Assembly: GCA_002269645.1 (NCBI GenBank)
Contig: NIVC01002059.1
Coordinates: forward strand, 124,001-188,000
Reading direction: 5' to 3'
From: Macrostomum lignano
Lineage: Eukaryota
Length of the DNA stretch: 64,000 nucleotides
The translations under genes were made by a program, and so were the position numbers. A model generated the notes under the pieces. The model saw nothing but the letters and a program-made list of their open reading frames with translations, made no database searches and was not told the DNA's origin. How positions within the stretch are numbered: position 1 is the stretch's first letter; each line of letters opens with the position of its first letter. Positions 40,513-52,519 of the stretch are shown one piece after another.

Positions 40513-41408
40513 GTCTTGGGATGATTTCTTTTTGCAATGCACTTCATTTGAGCAGTTTGTCTATTGTCTTTGTGAAGGATTTTTTGGCTGTCTTTTTGTT
40601 ACTTGTAGAGAACAGAGATTCTATCCAGATGTCTCCCCCATCGGGGGGCGAAGATTGCTAGTATTATACTAATTATAGGCATGACCATTATGATAAACTT
40701 TGTTATCTTTTTTATAGTAATGACTTGTTTAAATTCTAGAATTCATAGAAAATGAAAGCAAGTGGTCTATATTATAAAAGATATAATACATACGTAAATA
40801 CTAGAAAATAATTGCATCTATAAGCTTTAGCTAGAATGATTAGGAGAATTAGGAAATTTAACTTTTTAGCAAAAATCATTAGTATACAATTCTTAGCTAT
40901 ACTTGTTATAGCTTGTGGCTGGCATACAATAGCATTGAAATCTATGGCATTATTGTATAAAATATGCAAAATAATTACTTTGTTTTGGTCATGTTTATTT
41001 TAAAGTTGACAATAATTTGGTTTTGTCAAGTAATATACTAAAATGTTTTATAATTAGTAGTGAAATGTTTTGAAATCACTAATAATATATGCTGTTTTAT
41101 TAATACTAATTCTCTAAAGCTATTTTTAAAAAGAAGAGGGCTTTTTTGATTATTGTTTATATTGGCTATACTATTACACTTTATATTGGTTACTTAATTT
41201 AGTAGCAAACATGTCAGACCAGTAGACAATTTATTTAGTTCTTCTTAGCTCTTGGTCATAGGACATCCAAAAGAATTATTTCTTATTAGGAATCAGATTT
41301 GCATTTTACTTTGTGTTTGGTTGCAGCACAATTGATAAGCATTAATCCCTTAATTAGTCATGAATAGACAGTCTTTATTCGAATGCATTCTCTCCAATGC
41401 CATCATTG

Positions 41409-44400
41409 ATGGTGCTCCTAGCCGCCGCCGTGTGCAACAAGTCGGGCAAGACGCTCATCTCCCGCCAGTTCGTGGAGATGACGCGCTCCCGCATTGAAGG
41501 CCTGTTAGCCGCCTTCCCCAAGCTGATGTCAACAGACAAGCAGCACACTTTCATCGAGACTGAGAGCGTGCGCTACGTCTATCAGCCATTGGAGAAGCTC
41601 TACGTATTGCTTCTAACCACTAAGGCTAGCAACATACTGGAGGATCTGGAGACTCTTCGCCTATTCGCCAGAGTAATTCCCGAATACTCGTCCGGTATGG
41701 AGGAGAAAGATCTGCTGGACAACGCCTTCCAGCTGATATTTGCATTCGACGAAATTGTCGCTCTGGGCTATCGGGAGAGCGTCAATCTGGCCCAGATTAA
41801 GACCTTCACTGAGATGGACTCGCACGAAGAGAAAGTGTTCCTGGCAGTTCGGGTTGCTCAGGAGAAGGAGGCCAAAGCCGCTATGCGGGCGAAGGCTAAG
41901 GAGCTCACGCTGAAGAACAAGGAGATGCGCCGGGCTGGTGGCGGCGGCGGCGGTGGTCGGATGGCCGCTTTCGGCGGCGGCGGTGGCATGGGCGGCGGCA
42001 GCGGAGTCGGCGGCGGAGGATACGTCGACACGACGCCGACGCTGACGTCGACGATGCCGGAGCCGAATCGGGCCAGGCCGGCTGCCCAGGCGGCTGGCGG
42101 CGGCAAGGCAATGAAATTGGGCAGCCGAGCCAAGCAGGTGGACTATTTTGTTGATCAGCTCAAGGAGGAAGGCGAACAGGTTTGTTGCATATTTTCTTAT
42201 TTGTGTTTAATTTTTAGTTAGCAGTCACCCAGTTAAGCAGAGTTGGTCGCGGTTAGTATGCAGCTTAATTATCGGCTTGCGTGTTGCGTCACAGCCACTC
42301 ACCTTTAAAGCAAAATCAAGTTAAGCTACAGTTCATCCTGCTCCGGTCAGGCTTATTAGAGATCTCCTACTAACGAGTAGCTATAATGGAATGTTATAAG
42401 AATATTTTACAGTGTGTTAAAAAAGTTGCGCAATGATAGTTGAAAGAATTTCAAAAACGCGTGTGTCAGCAGGCTATATCGCTAAAAGAAGATGCTGTCC
42501 TTCAGCGATATAGTCTGCCTTGCTGCAATCAGACTAATAATTCACTAGATTTGTTTACAGATGATATAACAACTGAATGTGTCACTTGCAATTAAAGTTG
42601 TGAAATAGTGGAGCTTCTATTCTTTTTTAGTAGTTTGTCTGCGCATTGTCACTTCAGTTTAATGTGAAAGCTAACATTTCCTTTCCTTCCTCTGAGTTTG
42701 CGGCCTCAGGAGCCTATGGGGTTGAGAATCAACATCAAGCATTTAACTCGGTGTACACAAGTGAACGCAAGACGGAGGAAACAGCCCAAGAGGCCGGCCA
42801 ATCTAGCTCAGCCAATGAGAGAGCAGTAAGGAGAGAGGTCAAAGTCAGACGGACAAAACTCACCCTAGGGGGAGGCCCAATCTAGCTCAGCCAATGAGAG
42901 AGCAGTAAGGAGAGAGGTCAAAGTCAGACGGACAAAACTCACCCTAGGGGGAGGCCCAATCTGGCTCAGCCAATGAGAGAGCAGTAAGGAGAGAGGTCAA
43001 AGTCAGACACAAGCGGGCAAGAGGAAAGCCAAACTGTTTATCGGGCTGGGGTGCCAGGTCTCTCTTGCTCGCTGTGCACACGCACTGGATTTGGGTGCAG
43101 CTTCAAACGGGGAGAAGATGCTAATTTGATTGTTCTGCTTGGTAAACAGCCAGTGGCGATTGTTGCAGCTTCGAATACATTAATTATCCTGTAAATGTTA
43201 ATTCGTGTTTCCTTTACATGTGTCCTACATGTATTTTAATTTTTTCCTTTTTAAAAAAATAGTTGGTGGACACACCAGCTGGCGGCCTCGGCGCCGGCAG
43301 GGCAGGCAGTTCCGCCGCAGCGGCTGCAGCGGCCGCGATGCCCGCTGCTCAACGAGAGGCTGTCCACCTTCGCCTGGAGGAGAAATTCAACTGCGAGGCC
43401 GGTCGCGGCGGCGGTGTGAGCAATCTTGAACTAACTGGACTGCTGCACATCACCTGCGCTAATGAGGACGCTGTTCGGCTGCACCTGGTGCAGGCTAGCG
43501 GGCCGAGGGCCAGAGCTGTGCAAGTGCAGACTCACCCAAATATCGATAAGAAAGTGTTCCAGACTAACAGCTGGATTCAGATGAAGGCGGCTGGTGAGTG
43601 TTTTCCCTTTTGCAGCCTTTACAGACTTACTGACAGGCAGACAGAAAGAGACAGGATTCAAGCAAGCCGACATACAGAAAGAAAGACAGACAGACAGATG
43701 GACAATCCCATCCCATCTGTCAGACAAAAGTGAGAAGTTATAGTTTTTTAAATTAAAAAAATGGCAGCAGTGGACCTCTGCGTTAACGTTAATCTTGTAT
43801 TGGTAGAATAAAGATCTGATGAAATCAAGAGGACCGCGTATATACACAAATATATAAATATTTACAATTTGCGAGACAATTGGCATGTATACATATACAA
43901 TATAAACAGGATTATATGCGCAATACTTACTCATTAATACTTTTCAGTAGTAATTACAGTGTGTTCAAACTGATATTAAACAATTGAAATCGATTGCTCC
44001 CGATCCCCATCGTTACAGGCCGCGGCTTCCCAGTCAACCAGGAGGCCAACGTTGTCAAATGGCGCATGGCTGGCGACGACGAAGCCCTGCTGCCACTGAC
44101 TATCAACTGCTGGCCGAATCAGGCGCCGTCTGGCAGCTACGAGGTGACGGTGGAGTACGAGCTGACTCCTGGCACGCCTCGGTTGGAGAATGTTCTGATC
44201 AGCATTCCCCTGCCGCAGGGCGCGCAGACCAAGGTATACCCATCGCTGATCAAATATTTTACTTGATCGGTTAATTCCCAGTGTCTTTGATGTGCCGCCA
44301 CTGTCCCCCCTCCAGTGTCTTTGATGTGCCGCCACTGTTCCTCCCCAGTGTCTTTGATGTCCCGCCACTGTCCTCCCTCCAGTGTCTTTGATGTGCCGCC

Positions 44401-45396
44401 ACTGTCCCTCCCCAGTGTCTTTGATATCCCGCCACTGTCCTCCCTCCAGTGTCTTTGATGTGCCGCCACTGTTCCTCCCCAGTGTCTTTGATGTCCCGCC
44501 ACTGTCCTCCCTCCAGTGTCTTTGATGTGCCGCCACTGTCCCTCCCCAGTGTTTTGTATGTGCCGCCACTGTCCCTCCCCAGTGTCTTTGATGTTCCGCC
44601 ACTGTCCCTCCCCAGTGTCTTTGATGTGCCGCCACTGTTCCTCCCCAGTGTCTTTGATGTGCCGCCACTGTCCCTCCCCAGTGTTTTGTATGTGCCGCCA
44701 CTGTCCCTCCCCAGTGTCTTTGATGTTCCGCCACTGTCCCTCCCCAGTGTCTTTGATGTGCCGCCACTGTTCCTCCCCAGTGTCTTTCATGTGCCGCCAC
44801 TGTCCCTCCCCAGTGTCTTTGATGTGCCGCCACTGTCCCTCCCCAGTGTCTTTGATGTGCCGCCACGGTTCCTCCCCAGTGTCTTTGATGTGCCGCCACT
44901 GTCCCTCCTCAGTGTCTTTGATGTGCCGCCACTGTCCCTCCCCAGTGTCTTTGCTGTGCCGCCACGGTTCCTCCCCAGCGTCTTTGATGTGCCGCCACTG
45001 TCCCTCCCCAGTGTCTTTGCTGTGCCGCCACGGTTCCTCCCCAGCGTCTTTGATGTGCCGCCACTGTCCCTCCCCAATGTCTTTGATGTGCCGCCACTGT
45101 CTCCCACCCAGGTGAACCAGTGCGACGGGGACTACCGCGTGGATGCCCGCAAGAGCCTGTTGGAATGGTCGCTGCCGCTCATTGACCCGGAGGAGAATCC
45201 TACAGGCAATTTGGACTTGCTGGTTGGCGGCGGCGGTGCCAGCGAGGACAGCTTCTTCCCTGTCGGCGTGATGTTCACTTCGCAGCAGAGTTTAGTTGGC
45301 ATCGATGTTGACAAAGTGGTTCGGCTTGAAGGCGATTCGCCTGTAAAATTCTCAGTAGATCGCCGTCTGGTCGCCGATAACTTCAGGGTGGTTTGA
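41409..45396 (+). CDS. ARCN1: Coatomer subunit delta (COPI), 4 exons: 41409..42179, 43263..43593, 44019..44233, 45112..45396
   Basis: Canonical MVLLAAAVCNKSGKTLISRQFVEMTRSRIEGLLAAFPKL start, longin domain and C-terminal mu-homology domain. GT..AG introns with consistent phases (0, 1, 0). Confidence 0.96.
42795..43008 (+). repeat. 79-bp tandem repeat (~2.7 copies) in coatomer delta intron 1
   Basis: Unit starts at 42799, 42878 and 42957. Confidence 0.9.
44276..45105 (+). repeat. Minisatellite, 33-bp unit CAGTGTCTTTGATGTGCCGCCACTGTCCCTCCC, filling coatomer delta intron 3
   Basis: Tandem repeats running up to the splice acceptor at 45110-45111. Confidence 0.96.
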
Positions 45397-46238
45397 TCCG
45401 AGCTGAGGCTGACTTAGTTTAATCCAGACTGGCTGACTAGATTTAGCAGTCCTTAATAAATTACTACTGTTTCAACTATTTACTGTTAGTAGTGTGCTGC
45501 GGGCTATAAACTATAACAATAAATAAGTTTGCCCGCTTTGAAAGTAAAAAATAATAGGTTTGGCAATGCTTATATTTGTTTTAATGCTTTTTTCGTCATA
45601 ATATACCAATATCTGTTGTTTGTCCTCTCTCTCTCTCTCTCTCTGTCTCTCTGGTTTGCGGTTATAAATGCATAATGGTATCCCCTCACTCACCCAAGAG
45701 CGATTCCACAATGAACTAGATCTAATGAGTTGTTTCATTGATTTATTATTAAAGCTATTGTTTAAATTTGTCTGAATTTACGTTGAAGTTTAAGAACGGC
45801 TCTCCCATTGTTTTGTGTCTGTCAAAAACTAAATTAATAAAACATTTGCTGATCATTTGGCTACAGTTTTTAAACACCTGTCAATCGGATAATTTAATTA
45901 GGCTTTTGGACTTTATTGTCAATTTCTTTACTAATTACTACTTACTTGTGCGTTGTTGAGTAGTAAAGAAAGTTACTGGTGTACTTCTCAATGCGACAGT
46001 CGACGCGAAGCCAGCGATTGGGCGAGCAGTGCCTGCCAAAGTTTGCGAAGTGATTTATTGTCTGTAGAGATCGAAATCTGAAACAATGGCCTACACGTAC
46101 GAGCTACAAAACATTAAAAATGTAAAAGAATTAATTGAACTATGAAACAATAACTGAAAGTACGGAGGCATACAGATAGAAACAACCAACAAGAAATGTA
46201 TGCAGTGCGCACTCATATGCAGCCGAAAAGAACCGAAC

Positions 46239-47012
46239 TAGGGATGTCGACCCGGGGAGCTTGTCGGGGAATACTCCCCGGGGAATTGGACCGAGGACCC
46301 CGGGGAGAAAATTTTTTTTAAAAATGCATTAATAACTTTTGCCATTTAAATAAGAAAATCATTTACAGAAAGCTGATTGAAAATTCTGTCTATGCTTTTT
46401 TACGGCAAAACTGCTTATTTCAATGTATTATTTCAAACACAACACACGTTTAAATGTTTTTTCACTATTAGTCTTTCAATCAAGCAAATTGCACGTAGAA
46501 ACCCGTCAGGAAAAAGAAGCCTTACTGACTATTGTGTTGGTCTGCGTTGACGGCTTGACGCATTTGACAGGCACAGCGCTGCGTCCTGCGTCAGTCACTG
46601 ACGCATAGGGGGTGTCATACAATAACAAAATACTCCGTATTAGAAAAGGACAAAATGGTGATTTATCTGCAAGAAATAAAAATTCCGATTATAAAAATAG
46701 TCTCATTCATTAATTATCCTCCCACGAGCGTAGCAGCTGCTGAGCATGCATTTTCCGTCTCCGGAGTCTGGACTCTTTCTGGTGCGCGCACGATTTGGTG
46801 ATGCTACGTTGTCAAATACAGTTTTAAATAAACATTGTTTAAATTTTTTATGCCTTGAACATGTAGTCTAAAGCAAAGTGGCAAAGTAAAAAAATGCCAC
46901 TTTAGATCTAAGTTATCCGCCGTTTTTTACTTATTTTTTTCTTTTCCCCGGGGAATGACAGTAAATTCCCCGGGTCCCCGATAAAAAATTCCCCGGGGAA
47001 TCGACATCCCTA
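46239..47012. mobile_element. 774-bp non-autonomous hAT-type element
   Basis: 12-bp perfect TIRs TAGGGATGTCGA / TCGACATCCCTA, with subterminal CCCCGGGG repeats at both ends. 8-bp TSD AACCGAAC / AACTGAAC (7 of 8 match). Confidence 0.85.
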
Positions 47013-47555
47013 AACTGAACCATGAGCTAAAATAGCTTGCTCTTTGATCAAACAACTCCTAAGCGTAAAAGTTTGAACAATAATTAAAAAATTAAATTTG
47101 AGACCTCCAGCTTTTGTTAAACCAGTATCAAAGAATTTTTGATTCTTTAATTGTCGTACTCCCGCCTAGAGCAGAGGGAGGGGGTTGGCGGCAGCGGGTC
47201 AGATAACAAGAGTCAACAAGGCAGGGCAGGGGTGAGGAGGGGAGAGAGGCGGTGGTATGAAAACGGATCGATAATGACTTAGGCGGACACCAGCATGTAC
47301 ATTGCCGGGGGTAGAAGGAAAAGACAGAACGGGAGGGAGAGTGCGCAGGCACTGCCTTATCTTCAAGGGGCTATACAGTATAGCCTGGGCCCATTTCTGG
47401 AATCCAATACAGTTTTCGGCCAGATAAAATTTACAGATGGTCTCTCCTCTTTGATACGCAGTGCAGCCTTGGAGTGCCGATCAGGTAGGACTGGTAAGCA
47501 GTCATGGTTGAATTGGTATAGGCTTCTCTGGACACCGTTGTGTTAGGGGTACTAC

Positions 47556-47720
47556 TAGGGTTTGAAATTCCGGGATTAGGGGCCAAATTCCGGGATTCGA
47601 ATCCCGGGATTAAAATTTGTCGGGATTGATAGTCCCGTTCCGGGATTACAAATTGCTGGGATTCGGAAGCCCGTGTTAAAGATCTATGAATTCTGGGATT
47701 TTTCGGGATTTAGGAGAACT
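47556..47720. mobile_element. One end of a hAT-like element (partner end not in window)
   Basis: Starts TAGGGTTTGAAA followed by clustered CGGGAT subterminal repeats. No matching TTTCAAACCCTA seen downstream. Confidence 0.45.
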
Positions 47721-48444
47721 TAAGTTCTTAAGAAAACGAAAGAAAAAAACTACATTTTCATAATTTATTTTTCACTTTCACTTTACCATACAAAATATTC
47801 CATCTTCCATGTGATTATTTTTTAGAATTTATTTTATGATTCATATTTTTTCCGAATACCGAATACTAGTTCCATCTCTTCTAAATGCCCTTGACTTTTT
47901 GTTCCTAATTCTGAGCTGCAGTACGATTATGAGCAAAAGTATTTGACTAACGTTGCCATTTAGCCCTTTAGCAAAATCCTATTGTTCTGTGTCCTCTCCT
48001 CTTTCTCTTCTTTAAGTTCTTTCTCCTCACCTCCCATAGTGTGGATCATGCTAAGTGCACGCGAGAAACGGCCCAAAGCTAATTCCCAAAAGCACGCCGA
48101 CGACAAGCGAATGCACGCCGATGCATGCCAATAAATTAAAATTCTAATTGAAGACAAAAAACGTATTTTAAATTGCATTGTGTAAAACAAAGCAACAAAC
48201 GATGTACAAAAGAAATGATATATCTTTAAAAACGTGTATTTTTCATACATTAATTTATTTAACAGTCTTATACACTGTTTATTTACAATAGTTTTTTTTC
48301 AAAAGTTAAATACAATAATACGTATTTTATGTCTGCTTACTTACCATTGCATTGGCAGCTTTGCCACATCAGGTGCCAGGCACGCAGCACGCGGCGCATG
48401 AGTAGAATGCATGAGGGGGCTTCTGGGACAAAATTTTTCACCTC

Positions 48445-48660
48445 CTCCATAATCCACCTAAATCCATCTATATTATCCCTGACAGAATCAGAAAAAAAGG
48501 GGGGTCGCACTCGCTCACAAAACGTCCTCCATAATCCCATTAAATCCATCCATATTATCCCTGACAGAATCATGAAAAAGGGGAGGGGCCGCACTTGCTC
48601 CGAAAACTTCGAACATAATCCTATTAAATCCATCCATTACTATCCCTGACAGAATCAGTG
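48445..48660 (+). repeat. Three ~82-85-bp imperfect direct repeats (core ATTATCCCTGACAGAATCA)
   Basis: TATCCCTGAC recurs at 48474, 48556 and 48641. Confidence 0.85.
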
Positions 48661-48852
48661 CATAACAGATGTCCACTAACACCTGTTATGCTCATTGACA
48701 CCGACATCCACCCATAGCATCTTCGAAACAATCAGAAAATAATCTGCATTCTTCTCCCCACATTCAATCCGCAACATGAAACCAGATCCCAAAGACTTTA
48801 AATCATCAGCGCAGGGTCCTTACCCTTTAAAAAAAATCTAAATTTTTAATAA

Positions 48853-48888
48853 AAATGTTTCCAGTTGTCTCTCCAGGTTCTTATTATA
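48853..48888 (+). repeat. Inner end of the left terminal inverted repeat
   Basis: 36 bp identical to the reverse complement of 63965-64000. Confidence 0.85.
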
Positions 48889-49094
48889 CTCAGCCTAATC
48901 CATTGTACAAATCCAAGTACCGATGCAAACTTGAATGCAGCGAGTACATGAGAAAATATTGGCCCGATGTTGATATCAATGTCCCTAATATTAATCTAGC
49001 TCTTCAAAGACACTGGTTTCATAAGTACGGAGTAACCTACGTAAAAGATTACGACAGCTACTATAACTTTGCAGAAATCATTAGGCAATTGTGA
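48855..49094 (+). CDS. Small viral ORF, unknown function (79 aa)
   Basis: AAAAATG start context shared with the other viral genes; ends tail-to-tail with the minor capsid gene. Confidence 0.6.
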   Translation: MFPVVSPGSYYTQPNPLYKSKYRCKLECSEYMRKYWPDVDINVPNINLALQRHWFHKYGVTYVKDYDSYYNFAEIIRQL

Positions 49095-49098
49095 TTTC

Positions 49099-49962
49099 TT
49101 ACATTCTCTCAATGATTAACGTCAATACAAACTCTTCACCGTTGAAATCAACACCCATCCCATCTTCAGTCTCAAACTGTAGCACAATCTCGTGAATCTC
49201 CTTATTACTCAATACAACTCTTTTCACTGGATTTGGTTTCTCTACCACCATCTGTCCTCCAGCAACAGAGTTGGAGATGTTGTACAAAATATTCGTTCGC
49301 TTTCCCTTAAATACCCAATCAAGACTGAGATTGCTTCTGATTAGAATATTCAAACCCTTTACAATGTCTGCAATATTGGGTGCTAAGAACAAACCGCTTA
49401 CATTTTCCCGGGCCATTTTAACGGTCCCCGATGCTTGAGTGGCGGTCCGCGCCGCGGATTCTGCCTTATTAACTTTCTTCTCGAATCCCAGTTCCCTATA
49501 CCAAGTGTCATCTTTAAACTCAACCTCCGCATCTTTGTGAACTTGCATGACCACTCTCATTACAGTGAGATCATAGGATAGTTTGACAGGGAACAGTTTC
49601 TTCTCTGGCTTACTCGCATCAGGTGTCTCAAAATGACCTCTCTTAGTAAAGACATTTTCTAGAAAGTTATTGTAGGTATCCACACTCTGCGTGCTCACAT
49701 GGAATACCACAGGGTCTGCTGCTGCACCTTTCCATTTGTAATAAAACTTATTATTTGCTGCCATCACATTGGGAACGTTTGACCAACCAGTGAAGTCGTT
49801 AAGATAGACATGGTAATTAGCACCTGGATCCAGGCTAATCGCCTGCTCTAATTTTTCAACAAACATCCCGTTTGAGTCATTAATTCGCCCAGTTATTGTA
49901 ATAGGAATGCTCTCCTTAGAGTGTGAAACAATGTTGTTTAGTCTTTCAGCAATCGCTTCCAT
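49099..49962 (-). CDS. Minor capsid protein (penton-like, single jelly roll)
   Basis: C-terminal IHEIVLQFETEDGMGVDFNGEEFVLTLII motif typical of Polinton minor capsid proteins. Adjacent to the major capsid gene. ATG at 49962 preferred over GTG at 49971. Confidence 0.8.
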   Translation of the reverse strand: MEAIAERLNNIVSHSKESIPITITGRINDSNGMFVEKLEQAISLDPGANYHVYLNDFTGWSNVPNVMAANNKFYYKWKGAAADPVVFHVSTQSVDTYNNFLENVFTKRGHFETPDASKPEKKLFPVKLSYDLTVMRVVMQVHKDAEVEFKDDTWYRELGFEKKVNKAESAARTATQASGTVKMARENVSGLFLAPNIADIVKGLNILIRSNLSLDWVFKGKRTNILYNISNSVAGGQMVVEKPNPVKRVVLSNKEIHEIVLQFETEDGMGVDFNGEEFVLTLIIERM

Positions 49963-49983
49963 TTTTTTCACATAAAAAAATAT

Positions 49984-51270
49984 TTAAACTTTACTGGATG
50001 AATTGTTGATCATGTTAAGCTTCACCTTCCTCTCAAATGCATAGATAATGTACAAGTCCACGGGTGTTGCGGCAGTCCTCTCAATGTTAGTCACGATATT
50101 CACAGGGCTGTTATCAGTAGGCATTTGTCTGGCAGACACATCAGCGCCAAACATCGGATATAGAGTTCCATATTGAAGAGCAGTGATAGCAATTCCATTG
50201 TTCTCTTTCACAGCCAAGTCGACCAACTCGCTGTAAAATTTGCTAATCTTGTTCTGACTGAAATCTCCATTTTGTGGCAGTGCAGGGTAAAGATTATCAC
50301 TGATTTCATGCTGAATGGACCGCACGTCTCCATGCATGTAGCGTATAATGCTATTTGGGTTTCTCATGTTAATAATAATATACCTTGGATTGCTGCATGA
50401 TCCCTCTTTAATGCAGATGTTTGTTCTAGTTTCGTTTCGCTCATCTCTACACATGTAGGCTGTGTATGCAACATCAATGTCCTTCTCTATTGCCTTGAGA
50501 TAATCCGCTTTTAGTGCAGTCTTTGGCTCAATGACTTCCAAATACAGCTCGATTCCGGTTAGCTTCACCTCCATCCTTGTGTGGTCCGCCCCAGTCCACA
50601 ACACTCTACTGCGATCATCTCTAGTCAGTCTAAATGTGTAGCTAAAGTTACTAGTCAGTCGATTAAATGTATTACAGAATCCACTCATGAATCTCAATGG
50701 TACAAATACATCAACAGACCGATACAGCGGGTTCTTAGCAGCATCATCTGCACCTTGCAATGCATAGTTGTATCTCTTCTTCCTATTTTTATAACCACTG
50801 TCATTGATATCTCCTTCTTTTTCGTCTGCAATAAAACCCGCACCACTTCCCAATTGAATAAAATCAGGATTCTCGATCAAACAATGAGCGTCATAGACAA
50901 TTCCAAAGTTGGCGATTCGCTCCAACTCAGTGCTCCCATTCGATACACTAAACTCCTTGAACATGTACGCCCAAAAGTTACTGATCAGAGCCACATCCGC
51001 ATCATGCTTGTCAACGTTAGCACGAGCCGCATCCGCACCACCCTTTGTCTTGAATTGAAATGTCATATGGAAGCCGCTCTTAAGACTGTGCACACTAACC
51101 AAAGACGAACATCCATTGTATGTAAATGTCAGTGTTTGACCAGGACCAAGATTAGTTTCATTCTGATTTTCCTGACTGGGAACTCTTACCTGAGTCGCTT
51201 TGATTGTGCTATCATCACTCAAAATAGGCTTGTTAATCTTGTAGAAAACTGGTGTCAGTGGGTCGTTCAT
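49984..51270 (-). CDS. Major capsid protein (double jelly roll, hexon-like)
   Basis: 428 aa, beta-rich. N-terminal DDSTIKATQ...NLG...TLTFT pattern, SVDVFVPLRFMSGF and C-terminal LYPMFGADVS match the Polinton MCP layout. Confidence 0.85.
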   Translation of the reverse strand: MNDPLTPVFYKINKPILSDDSTIKATQVRVPSQENQNETNLGPGQTLTFTYNGCSSLVSVHSLKSGFHMTFQFKTKGGADAARANVDKHDADVALISNFWAYMFKEFSVSNGSTELERIANFGIVYDAHCLIENPDFIQLGSGAGFIADEKEGDINDSGYKNRKKRYNYALQGADDAAKNPLYRSVDVFVPLRFMSGFCNTFNRLTSNFSYTFRLTRDDRSRVLWTGADHTRMEVKLTGIELYLEVIEPKTALKADYLKAIEKDIDVAYTAYMCRDERNETRTNICIKEGSCSNPRYIIINMRNPNSIIRYMHGDVRSIQHEISDNLYPALPQNGDFSQNKISKFYSELVDLAVKENNGIAITALQYGTLYPMFGADVSARQMPTDNSPVNIVTNIERTAATPVDLYIIYAFERKVKLNMINNSSSKV

Positions 51271-51300
51271 TTTTTAACTAAAAATAAAATAAAATAAGAA

Positions 51301-52503
51301 ATGAAGCGAAAAAGTACACAGCAGATATCTGAATTGGAGAAGCTAGCACAAGCAGAGAAACGAGTTACCGGGCTAATAAATAAGGAGCAACAATCCTACA
51401 ATGAGTTTGTCCAAGCAGCCACAGAGTTTCATAAACCCGGGTATGGAGAAGCTAAGAAAAATATTGATCAGGTCAAAGAAACTATCGACGACATACAGGA
51501 AACCCAGGTGCAAAAGGCTTTGGGCAAAATTCCAGAAGCACCACAGATACAGCCGCAACCACAACAACCACAACCACAACCACATCAATCACAACTAAAA
51601 GTGACAGATAACATTTTTGGACCAGTAGAGCGTGTCGAACATGATGGGAAATATGTATTTGGAATAAGTATGTGGAGAAAAAACATTTATAATGAACCAG
51701 TGGAATATTATATCGACCTAAATAAGAAACATATTTCTGTTGTTAAAGGCTCGGAAACTAAGAGCATTCCTTTCACAGAAACCTTACTGAATTTTATGAC
51801 CAAGAACCAAGAGAGAATCTCGGACAAACAGCTAAATAACTATAGAGATCTAGTGACTTTTGCTCTTGCTAGAGATATAGAAATATTAAAGGCCCCAGAA
51901 GTCCTGAGACTTATGTATGATAACGGTGTCAACCTGACTAGATTCAAAAAGTACAAGTACTTTAAACAATGGTTCGATTTGCCAGATCAGGCGGAAGTCA
52001 TAAAATATCTAGAACAACAACAACAACAGCAACAACAACCACAACCACAGCAGCAGCAACATTTCACAGAAGTACTCAGGCAACTGGAAAATGCAGATCC
52101 GACTCAAGTAGCTGAATATAAGAAACAAAACCCAACAGATTGGCAACACTTAGAACAACACTCTCCAGATCGAATGAACAGAATCAAGCAAAGAGTTTTC
52201 ACACCTCAACAAAGACAGGCACCACATGACAGTTCCATCTCTGAAAGTGAGCAGTCTTTTGCATCACCTCCCCAGCAGCCACAAGCCCAACCAACTCCAC
52301 AACCTCAAGACCAACCGCCCTCAACTGGAAAAGGAATTTCTGAAATCTACAAGCGAGTAGCGGTTCTTCTAGGAGCGGCAAAGACCGGAATGAAAGACGA
52401 GAATAGAAAAGAATTTGTCAACATCCTCAATAAAATGCTTGAGAGAAAATACATCGATAAGAGGGCGAGAGAGCTTCTGCTTTCACGGTTTAACAAAAAA
52501 TAA
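51301..52503 (+). CDS. Polinton-associated protein with Q-rich linkers and a C-terminal helical motif (KRVAVLLGAAKTG...EFVNILNKML)
   Basis: Intact 400-aa ORF. TDNIFG motif and C-terminal motif resemble a recurrent Polinton core gene (recalled, not searched). Confidence 0.65.
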   Translation: MKRKSTQQISELEKLAQAEKRVTGLINKEQQSYNEFVQAATEFHKPGYGEAKKNIDQVKETIDDIQETQVQKALGKIPEAPQIQPQPQQPQPQPHQSQLKVTDNIFGPVERVEHDGKYVFGISMWRKNIYNEPVEYYIDLNKKHISVVKGSETKSIPFTETLLNFMTKNQERISDKQLNNYRDLVTFALARDIEILKAPEVLRLMYDNGVNLTRFKKYKYFKQWFDLPDQAEVIKYLEQQQQQQQQPQPQQQQHFTEVLRQLENADPTQVAEYKKQNPTDWQHLEQHSPDRMNRIKQRVFTPQQRQAPHDSSISESEQSFASPPQQPQAQPTPQPQDQPPSTGKGISEIYKRVAVLLGAAKTGMKDENRKEFVNILNKMLERKYIDKRARELLLSRFNKK

Positions 52504-52519
52504 ATTTCTATTTAAAAAG

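Noticed and set aside
40026-40661. DACYLG hexapeptide-repeat protein
   Set aside because: 18-bp minisatellite open in most frames on both strands; GTG/TTG-type start and no support
47130-47547. Possible Penelope/GIY-YIG or hammerhead-bearing retroelement fragment (minus-strand AALRIKEERPSVN)
   Set aside because: Only a weak resemblance, with no complete motif or ribozyme core that I can verify
50581-51297. 238-aa plus-strand ORF antisense to the major capsid gene, and similar antisense ORFs in the virus
   Set aside because: Non-ATG start, no motifs, fully antisense to well-supported genes
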